Under the pieces are notes generated by a model. It was given only the letters and a program-made list of their open reading frames with translations, ran no database searches and was not told where the DNA came from. From assembly GCA_028280845.1 (NCBI GenBank), contig JANQKZ010000032.1, forward strand, positions 5,390 to 69,389: 64,000 bases of DNA, written 5' to 3'. This DNA comes from Opitutales bacterium (GTDB lineage Bacteria > Verrucomicrobiota > Verrucomicrobiia > Opitutales > JABSRG01). This document shows, one piece after another, positions 18,852-25,154 of this stretch. The translations under genes and the position numbers were made by a program. The stretch's first letter is position 1, and every line of letters begins with the position of its first letter.

Positions 18852-19457
18852 ATGGAAACGATTGACGCGATTTACAAACGCCGGGCCATCAAAGCCTTTG
18901 ACCCGGAACATCAGCTCACTGCCGAAGAGGAAACCCAGCTCCTCGAAGCGACCATCCAGGCACCGACCAGCTTCAACATTCAGCATTGGCGCCTCGTGCT
19001 TCTGAAAGATCCCGAGCTTCGCCAGAAGATTCGGAAAGAGCTCGGAAACGACCAGGCTCAGATGACCGACGCCTCCCTGCTGGTCCTCTTTACTGCCGAT
19101 GTCAAGGCATGGACAAAAAGCCCGGAACGTTACTGGGCCAACGCCCCCAAAGAGATAGCCGACCTCCTCGTCGGTTGGATGGGCCCCTTCCACGAGGGTC
19201 GGGAATGGCTGCAACGGGATGAAGCCCAGCGCTCCATTGGAATGGCCATGCAAACCCTCATGCTGGCGGCCCAGGATATGGGGTATGCCTCTTGCCCCAT
19301 GATTGGTTTCGACATCGAAAAAGTGGCCGAACTGATCAAGCTGCCCGAAGATCATGTAATGGGCGCCATGGTCGCCGTGGGGAAAGGCACCCAGGATCCC
19401 TGGCCAAAACCAGGACAACTGCCCCTCAGCGAAATTGTGATCGAAAACGGATTTTAA
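18852..19457 (+). CDS. Nitroreductase family protein
   Basis: 201 aa with IYKRRAIKAFD...APTSFNIQHWR, typical of the NfnB/NfsA-like fold. Confidence 0.85.
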   Translation: METIDAIYKRRAIKAFDPEHQLTAEEETQLLEATIQAPTSFNIQHWRLVLLKDPELRQKIRKELGNDQAQMTDASLLVLFTADVKAWTKSPERYWANAPKEIADLLVGWMGPFHEGREWLQRDEAQRSIGMAMQTLMLAAQDMGYASCPMIGFDIEKVAELIKLPEDHVMGAMVAVGKGTQDPWPKPGQLPLSEIVIENGF

Positions 19458-19512
19458 TCCCCCATCGGGAATATGGATTTCTCTTATGAAGGCAGGACGT
19501 TCGCTCTGCCTT

Positions 19513-19583
19513 TGTCATCGCGAGGGCAAAGCCCGCGGCGATCTCCAAAAAATTCCTTCGTTACTCCACTCCTCGAAATGACA
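19513..19583. repeat. Imperfect hairpin element (TGTCATCGCGAGG ... CCTCGAAATGACA)
   Basis: 13-nt arms with 2 mismatches and a 45-nt spacer, in the nitroreductase-msrB intergenic region. It resembles a GTCATTGCGAG-type short element that I recall from many environmental bacterial genomes. Confidence 0.4.
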
Positions 19584-19713
19584 GGGAAACGATCAACCGT
19601 GGAACCTGTCTGCTCAGGTCCTGTAGTTCTTGAAGGCGGATGCGGGCGATCCAACGTCACACCCCCCCAATTTTCCAATCTTCAATTTTTAACTTAATCC
19701 CACCCTCATCACC

Positions 19714-20130
19714 ATGAAGAACGACCCCATCCCCACCAAAGAAGAACTCAAGGCACGCCTCACCCCCCTTCAATGGAAAGTCACTCAGGAAGAAGGCACC
19801 GAACGCCCCTTCACCGACAACTTCCACGACAACAAGGAAGATGGAGTCTACATCAGCATTGTGACCGGTAAACCCCTCTTTGATTCCAAAGATAAATTCG
19901 ACTCAGGAACCGGTTGGCCCAGCTTCACGCGGCCCATCTCCGAGGAGGCCGTGGATACCCGGGAAGATCGGAAATTCTTCATGCGCCGCACCGAGGTCCA
20001 TGAGGAGGGCTCCAACGCCCACCTCGGTCACGTGTTCCCCGATGGGCCCGCCCCTACCGGCCTGCGTTACTGCATCAACGGCGCCGCCCTCCAATTCATC
20101 CCCCGTGAGGAATTCAATACCCAGGACTAA
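19714..20130 (+). CDS. msrB: Peptide-methionine (R)-S-oxide reductase
   Basis: [17 protein letters not shown] and RYCINGAAL motifs. Confidence 0.95.
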   Translation: MKNDPIPTKEELKARLTPLQWKVTQEEGTERPFTDNFHDNKEDGVYISIVTGKPLFDSKDKFDSGTGWPSFTRPISEEAVDTREDRKFFMRRTEVHEEGSNAHLGHVFPDGPAPTGLRYCINGAALQFIPREEFNTQD

Positions 20131-20200
20131 GGGCCCCAGACACTAGACACCGGCATCCAACATCAGCCCCCAACTCACATTCACACCTCATACTCGACCC

Positions 20201-20228
20201 TTGACACAGACTGACTTGTCTGTATATT
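20201..20228 (+). promoter_or_regulatory. Sigma-70-like promoter (TTGACA-16-TATATT) overlapping TetR operator ACAGAC-N6-GTCTGT (20206-20223)
   Basis: The hexamers and the inverted repeat were read directly from the sequence. The ATG of the TetR gene is at 20237, only 9 nt after the -10 element. Confidence 0.5.
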
Positions 20229-20236
20229 TTTATACA

Positions 20237-20851
20237 ATGAGCGAAACCTTCACAGATACCTCCCCGAAACAGCGTCTGCTCGATACCGCAGCCCGGCTCT
20301 TTCACGTCCAGGGGTATCATGAGACGGGGATCAATCAGATTATCGACGAAGCACAGGTCGCCAAAGCGACATTCTATAAACATTTTCCGTCCAAAGACGA
20401 CCTCGCAGTGGCCTGGTTGAAGCAGATGCAGGCCAAAACCGGGAATCGCTTCCGGAACCTGGTTTCCGATCTCAACAAGCCGGCTCGCCAGCGGATTCTG
20501 GAAATTTTTGACATGGTGGAAGAATCGATGCTGTGCCATCACTTCAGGGGCTGCCCCAATCAAAACATGCTGTCCGAAATCACGGAGCTGGAACACCCCA
20601 TACGGCAACAGATTCGCCATTATAAACTTACCGAGAGAGAAACCTTTTCCCAGCTGGCCGCGCAGGCCCTGGGCCCGGACTACAGCAACCAGGCCCCTAA
20701 ATTGGGAGATCTCCTCTACTTCCTCCTCGAAGGCGCAATGGCTGAGGCCCAGTCCCATGGCTCCGTCGACCCCATTCGCCGGGCTCGCTACCTCGCCTCG
20801 GTCATGGTCGATAAAGCCTTTTCCGTAGCCCAACCTTCCTTCCCGGATTAA
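20237..20851 (+). CDS. TetR/AcrR family transcriptional regulator
   Basis: HTH region RLLDTAARLFHVQGYHETGINQIIDEAQVAKATFYKHFPSKDDL. The ATG at 20237 is preferred over the track's TTG at 20201, which overlaps the promoter. Confidence 0.9.
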   Translation: MSETFTDTSPKQRLLDTAARLFHVQGYHETGINQIIDEAQVAKATFYKHFPSKDDLAVAWLKQMQAKTGNRFRNLVSDLNKPARQRILEIFDMVEESMLCHHFRGCPNQNMLSEITELEHPIRQQIRHYKLTERETFSQLAAQALGPDYSNQAPKLGDLLYFLLEGAMAEAQSHGSVDPIRRARYLASVMVDKAFSVAQPSFPD

Positions 20852-20888
20852 TTTAAAATCAAAAATTTCTATTTTTTCGGAATAAAAA

Positions 20889-20904
20889 GACAGACTTGTC
20901 TGTC
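20889..20904. promoter_or_regulatory. Second TetR-type operator GACAGAC-TT-GTCTGTC
   Basis: Perfect 7-bp arms that share the ACAGAC/GTCTGT half-site with the site at 20206-20223. It lies 64 nt upstream of the SDR ATG. Confidence 0.5.
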
Positions 20905-20967
20905 CCAATCTTCGAACGAACGTTAAATCAACACGCTCAACAGACGAAAATCTACACCCAACTCACC

Positions 20968-21711
20968 ATGAGTATTAGCAATTACAATGAAATACGCGCT
21001 CTGGTTACCGGAGCGAATCGCGGAATCGGACGAGCTTTTGTGGAAGTTCTCCTCGATAATGGAGCAGCCAAGGTATACGCGGCAGCGAGGAACACGAGCA
21101 GCCTGGAAGCCCTCAAGGCCTCCGCAGGCGATCGGTTGGAGCTCATCACCCTGGACGTGACCAACCTGGACCAGGTCCAGGCAGCTGCCGAAGTGGCCCA
21201 GGATGCCAACGTCCTCGTCAACAACGCGGGAATTGCCTTTATGCAGGACCTCTTCGCTGAAGATGCGCTGGCGAACGCGAGAACCGAAATGGAAGTCAAT
21301 TACTTCGGCCCCCTCACCCTGGCCCAGGCCTTCAAGGACACCCTGGTTGGAAATCAGGGCGCCATTTTGAATGTCTCCTCCGTCGGTGGCCTAGCCAACT
21401 TCCCGATGGCCCCCACCTACAGTGCCTCCAAGGCCGCCATCCACTCGCTCACGCAGGGACTCCGGACCCTCTTGAAACCGGCGGGCGTTCATGTCGCCGG
21501 GGTCTACCCGGGGCCGATCGATACGGATATGGCGAAAGATATTGAAATGGGAAAAACCTCGCCCCGGGTCGTCGCGGAGCATGTATTCGCCGGCCTCTTT
21601 GCCGGCGCGGACGACATCTTCCCCGATCCCATGGCCGAGGGTTTTGGCTCGACCTATCACGCGGCTCCCAAGGATGCCGAGCGCATGTTTGCCGAAGGCG
21701 GAGAGGAATAG
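20968..21711 (+). CDS. SDR family oxidoreductase
   Basis: TGANRGIGRAF cofactor motif, NNAG, and the catalytic YSASKAA motif. The ATG at 20968 is preferred over TTG at 20896. Confidence 0.9.
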   Translation: MSISNYNEIRALVTGANRGIGRAFVEVLLDNGAAKVYAAARNTSSLEALKASAGDRLELITLDVTNLDQVQAAAEVAQDANVLVNNAGIAFMQDLFAEDALANARTEMEVNYFGPLTLAQAFKDTLVGNQGAILNVSSVGGLANFPMAPTYSASKAAIHSLTQGLRTLLKPAGVHVAGVYPGPIDTDMAKDIEMGKTSPRVVAEHVFAGLFAGADDIFPDPMAEGFGSTYHAAPKDAERMFAEGGEE

Positions 21712-21754
21712 CCCTCCGATCCTGACTGACGAACCCCCTTTAAACGAACGAACC

Positions 21755-22207
21755 ATGACACGTCTCATCACCCTGATCGCCGCGCTTCTACTAGGAAGCG
21801 TTGGCGCTCAGGCTAAATCCCTAACCAACACCAACTGGCGCGGCATCGCCCTCGACGGATACGATGCGGTCGCCTTTCATACCGAGGGAGCAACCATTAA
21901 GGGCTCCAGCGACTACACCACCACTTACGAGGGAGCCAAATACCGATTCAGCTCCGCAAAAAACCAGAAGCGCTTCGAGGCGAATCCCAACAAGTATGTA
22001 CCCGCCTACGGCGGATACTGCGCCTGGGCGGTTTCTGTGAAAAACGATACCGCTCCGGTGGACATTGATACCTGGCAGATCATCGATGGCCGCCTGATCC
22101 TGAACTACAATGCCGCCATCCAGGCAGAGTTCGATGCCGATCAGGCCAACCACATCCGCCAGGCAGACAAGAACTGGCCCGATTTATTGGAAAGAAAAGG
22201 CAAATAA
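21755..22207 (+). CDS. YHS domain-containing protein (Cys form), secreted
   Basis: Signal peptide MTRLITLIAALLLGSVGAQA, then ALDGYDAVAFH...YRFSSAKNQKRFEANPNKYVPAYGGYCAWAV. Confidence 0.8.
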   Translation: MTRLITLIAALLLGSVGAQAKSLTNTNWRGIALDGYDAVAFHTEGATIKGSSDYTTTYEGAKYRFSSAKNQKRFEANPNKYVPAYGGYCAWAVSVKNDTAPVDIDTWQIIDGRLILNYNAAIQAEFDADQANHIRQADKNWPDLLERKGK

Positions 22208-22250
22208 CAGGAGCAACAGGTAACCTTACACTAGCAGTGAGGTAACAGAT

Positions 22251-22287
22251 AAGCCGACACCCCCAAGGGTGTCGGCTTTTCGGTTTT
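22251..22287 (+). terminator. Rho-independent terminator
   Basis: 12-bp stem AAGCCGACACCC / GGGTGTCGGCTT with a 4-nt loop, followed by TTCGGTTTT. Confidence 0.7.
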
Positions 22288-22715
22288 AAAGATAAACAGG
22301 CTGCCCGCCCTGAGCACCATCATAGCTCGGCAAGGGGATTGCCAGAAGCCTGAAACCCATTTTTGGTGCGTCTTGGTTTTTTTGAGGTCTTTTAATGCAG
22401 TTCAATGCCACCCATTCCTGTCGCGGCTTGCTCCTCCATTGCTCTCATCCGCTCCATCCTCGTTTTGAACTACGAAAGCCACGAAAGAGCACGAAAACAT
22501 TAACTCTCTTCTCTCCGCGCATTCCGTAGTCGATCCCCTTCCCTTCCTTAAATTTTATCTTCAAAAGTCCTAACTAAGCCTGCGGCGACTGGCGGCTCGC
22601 CTGTCTCGGCGCAATTCGATGAGCGAAATCGGAAGCAGACAGGATGACCAGACTACGCTGAAGCTTCGTCCGGCAGGCTGGCTGGGCAGCGCTGGCTCCG
22701 GCTACTTGTTAGGAT

Positions 22716-22955
22716 CTATTCTTCGAAGTCTTCAATCCATATAGGGATGATATTGGTATAATCTACATAGGTTAATTCGTCCACCTCAAGGGCGCATCGA
22801 GGAACAAATCCGCAATCAAATACCGCAAAAACTATTGCATCGAAAAATCCTTTGTATTTGTCGTCAAACGGGCAATTTTTAAAGCCCTTTCATGGTTTCG
22901 AAAGATACATTTTTCCGTCTCATAGTCGGCCCGCCTTTTCTCTGAGTTCCTTCAT
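22716..22955 (-). pseudogene. Decayed third cistron of the islet operon (frameshifted or truncated)
   Basis: An ATG at 22955-22953 overlaps the TGA of the 96-aa gene (ATGA) but opens only MKELREKAGRL*. Another frame with no start codon reads ...FKNCPFDDKYKGFFDAIVFAVFDCGFVPRCALEVDELTYVDYTNIIPIWIEDFEE*. Confidence 0.4.
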
Positions 22956-23242
22956 TTAAACCTCCCACTCGCAATAGCCGCTTGCACGGCCTCCCTCGGC
23001 AAATCAATAGGAGGAACATTTAAGACGGCAGTATACTGTATTTCGCCACCTTCGTCCTCATATCCCCATGCAAAGACTTTGGATGCTTTCGAGTGTTCTG
23101 TAAGATCAAATACCTCTACATCGCCCCGCCAAACCTCCTTGCCGTCCATTATTTCTACGATATGAGCAGTGTTTTCATGAGCAGCACTACACCCATACAT
23201 CGCGAGAATAGCCTCAGTTAAGTTGCTAATGTAATCGCTCAC
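22952..23242 (-). CDS. Hypothetical 96-aa protein (small conserved-looking alpha/beta protein, function unknown)
   Basis: The GTG start overlaps the upstream stop (GTGA). The sequence ...VWRGDVEVFDLTEHSKASKVFAWGYE...TAVLNVPPIDLPREAVQAAIAS resembles a widespread uncharacterised small-protein family that I cannot name. Confidence 0.75.
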   Translation of the reverse strand: MSDYISNLTEAILAMYGCSAAHENTAHIVEIMDGKEVWRGDVEVFDLTEHSKASKVFAWGYEDEGGEIQYTAVLNVPPIDLPREAVQAAIASGRFK

Positions 23243-24207
23243 TCCGGCGTATCAGTCCCAGCCTTTCGCTTCCAGCGTCGCATTAAGCCTTGGAGCCAAT
23301 ACTCCAAATCCTCTACGCTATCTGCGGAAAGACTCGACGGCCTACTTATGATCACGGGGCCTTCGTCTAGAGTTATTTGCTCTTTGGCGCATCCATCAAT
23401 AGTGGCTTCACTTTCCTTATTAAAATAAGGATTTGCTGGCGGCCTAGCTGCTGCTGATTGCGCTGCCTGAACAGTTGATGGTTCCATAACTGATAATTCG
23501 CTCATAGGTAATCCGGTTGCTGTTCCTTCGACAAAGACCCAATTACCATCATTGGAAACATCAATAACTTTTCGTGGGGTAGAAAATTGATAAGCTCCTT
23601 GGGATGTCCATTGGACATGAGTTCCAATAGTAATCTCTGTCGCTTCTTCTTCATCTATGTCATCGGAATTGTCAACTTCATTGTCTAAATTATCAGAAAT
23701 ACCAGTTTTCGCGTCAAGCTTAGAGTATTTAATTGTTTCTTTGTATGTTTTTATTACTGAATCGGCAGCAGCAGATTGAAACTCTTTATCATACGTGAGA
23801 AAGCCTTTTATTACGTCATCGGCAGGCAGGTGCACGCCGTATTTTTCCCTCAAGAGTTTAAATATCTTAGGGCTTATGGCAGCAGACTCCACTGCAGTTG
23901 CACGCCTATTGTCACTTGAAGGTAACTCGAATATTTGGAGCGCACGATCCGATAGCCTGATTTTGCGATCATCCTTTGTGCCAGATTCAGTAATTAGGCC
24001 ATACTGCGATAATGCAGCTACAGCCCGCAGAGACGGCCCCGTCCGCTTGCTATAGCCCATCTTAACGATAGCGGCGTCAAGGTGAATTTCGTGTCGATTC
24101 GCCTCATTATAGAGAATGCGGGCTTTTTCAATCGCATCCCCTAGGCTCATGGACGGGTAAGCAGGGCTGCGCCCGCGCGGCTTAGTTGGTGTTTTCTTGC
24201 CTTCCAT
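23239..24207 (-). CDS. Hypothetical 322-aa multidomain protein (basic N-tail + wHTH-like + acidic linker + SH3-like beta domain + basic C-terminal helix)
   Basis: The ORF is AT-rich. The N-terminus is KPRGRSPAYPSMSLGDAIEKARILY...GPSLRAVAALSQYGLITESG...IRLSDRALQIF. The acidic run is DNLDNEVDNSDDIDEEEATE. A beta-rich segment reads ITIGTHVQWTSQGAYQFSTPRKVIDVSNDGNWVFVEG. The C-terminus is EDLEYWLQGLMRRWKRKAG. Confidence 0.8.
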   Translation of the reverse strand: MEGKKTPTKPRGRSPAYPSMSLGDAIEKARILYNEANRHEIHLDAAIVKMGYSKRTGPSLRAVAALSQYGLITESGTKDDRKIRLSDRALQIFELPSSDNRRATAVESAAISPKIFKLLREKYGVHLPADDVIKGFLTYDKEFQSAAADSVIKTYKETIKYSKLDAKTGISDNLDNEVDNSDDIDEEEATEITIGTHVQWTSQGAYQFSTPRKVIDVSNDGNWVFVEGTATGLPMSELSVMEPSTVQAAQSAAARPPANPYFNKESEATIDGCAKEQITLDEGPVIISRPSSLSADSVEDLEYWLQGLMRRWKRKAGTDTPE

Positions 24208-24240
24208 GACATATGGATCTGATATATATCATAATATGTC
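24208..24240. promoter_or_regulatory. Nested palindromes abutting the start codon of the 322-aa gene
   Basis: GACATAT (24208-14) pairs with ATATGTC (24234-40). They enclose the perfect 12-bp palindrome TGATATATATCA (24220-31). Confidence 0.4.
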
Positions 24241-24456
24241 AAACAAAATGTCGAATTACGGGGTTTAAAAGTTGACTCCTAACTGAGAATCGTTCAGCTT
24301 CTAAATTATTATGCATCATACCAGAAGAGCAAAAAGCGCGAAACGATGGCATGGGAGCCGCCCGTACGCGCGCAACGACACAAATAGCAACGCCCCGTTG
24401 GGCTAGAATCTTGGTAGAGTCACTCAACGGGGCGCTAGGCTCCACACTTAATAGGT

Positions 24457-24528
24457 GCGGTTGTAGGTTAACGGTAAACCGTCATTCTTCCCAAATTGGA
24501 GATGTGGGTTCGAGTCCCACCAGCCGCA
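24457..24528 (+). tRNA. tRNA-like element (anticodon UCC, Gly, if folded canonically); possibly a pseudogene
   Basis: Hand-folded. The acceptor is GCGGTTG/CAGCCGC with one G-U pair. U8 is present. The D arm is GGTT-AACGGTA-AACC and the T arm is GTGGG-TTCGAGT-CCCAC (canonical). The discriminator is A and no CCA is encoded. The anticodon stem TCATT/AATTG has only 3 Watson-Crick pairs plus one G-U and one C-U mismatch. The loop is CTTCCCA, with pyrimidine C at position 37. Confidence 0.5.
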
Positions 24529-24570
24529 GCTAATAAAACTCAATCTCACTATTATGAAAAAAGTACTACC

Positions 24571-24756
24571 TTATTTTATGTAATCGCGCAAGAGTTTTTC
24601 TATCAGGGGTGAAGTTTTTCCCTGCCACTTGATAATTGCCACATCTAGTACTTCTGAATCTACCGAAACAGATATTTTGCGCTTGGTCTGCCCACTAGGA
24701 CGCCCTGCTCCAGGGCGCGCACCGCCTTTTCTTGAATTATTTCCTACTTTTTTCAT
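24571..24756 (-). CDS. Small basic protein, ribbon-helix-helix-like (hypothetical)
   Basis: 61 aa. A Gly/Arg/Lys-rich N-tail is followed by KISVSVDSEVLDVAI...LIEKLLRDYIK, a beta-strand plus helices pattern typical of CopG/Arc-like proteins. Confidence 0.5.
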   Translation of the reverse strand: MKKVGNNSRKGGARPGAGRPSGQTKRKISVSVDSEVLDVAIIKWQGKTSPLIEKLLRDYIK

Positions 24757-24807
24757 TGACTATATATTTGATTAAAGTAGTATTTTATTCATAAAACAAG
24801 AGGAAAT

Positions 24808-25127
24808 ATGGCAAACAAACTTCCAATTGAGAAAAAAGCCCTTGTGGTTCCCATGCTTGCCGAGAGTTGTTCAATTCGCTCTATAGAACGCGCAACATCC
24901 ATCCACAGGGATACCCATGCACTTAGAAGTTCGCATAGGAAAGCTGTGCTAAGGTCTTGGACGAAAAAATGCGCAATCTCACATGCAACAATATCCAAGT
25001 TGACGAGGCATGGGGCTTTATCGGAGCAAAGCAAAAGACGGTGAACGCAAACAAGCTTAACTCAGACTACGGCGATGTGTGGGTTTGGGTTGCACTGGAT
25101 GCTGATACAAAAGAGCCCCTCGCCTGA
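24808..25127 (+). pseudogene. IS1-family-like transposase remnant (N-terminal part only, at least 2 frameshifts, 3'-truncated)
   Basis: Frame 1 reads MANKLPIEKKALVVPMLAESCSIRSIERATSIHRDT. It shifts to ..MHLEVRIG.., then shifts again to ESCAKVLDEKMRNLTCNNIQVDEAWGFIGAKQKTV...GDVWVWVALDADTKEPLA*. The reading ends where high-GC native sequence resumes. Confidence 0.65.
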
Positions 25128-25154
25128 ATAGTGTTGAGGAATACTGGCTGCGCC

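Larger units (their letters stand above)
22700..25130. mobile_element. Degraded AT-rich genomic islet (no integrase; both edges end in truncated genes)
   Basis: Visibly lower GC than the flanks. It contains unknown genes, a tRNA-like element and an IS1-like transposase remnant. The boundaries are approximate. Confidence 0.5.

Noticed and set aside
20201-20236. Track-predicted TTG starts extending the TetR (20201) and SDR (20896) genes
   Set aside because: The extensions overlap the promoter and operator sequences and add non-homologous residues. The downstream ATG codons give canonical N-termini.
22650-22690. Shared 11-mer GCTGGCTGGGC plus an AAGCTT context with 33080-33120 (opposite orientation) as evidence of a dispersed repeat
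   Set aside because: By a rough estimate, hundreds of chance 11-mer matches between two positions (either strand) are expected in 64 kb. The flanks also do not align.
24239-24533. ORFs 24239-24445 (-) and 24351-24533 (+)
   Set aside because: They are short, overlap the hairpin and the tRNA-like element, and have no protein-like features.
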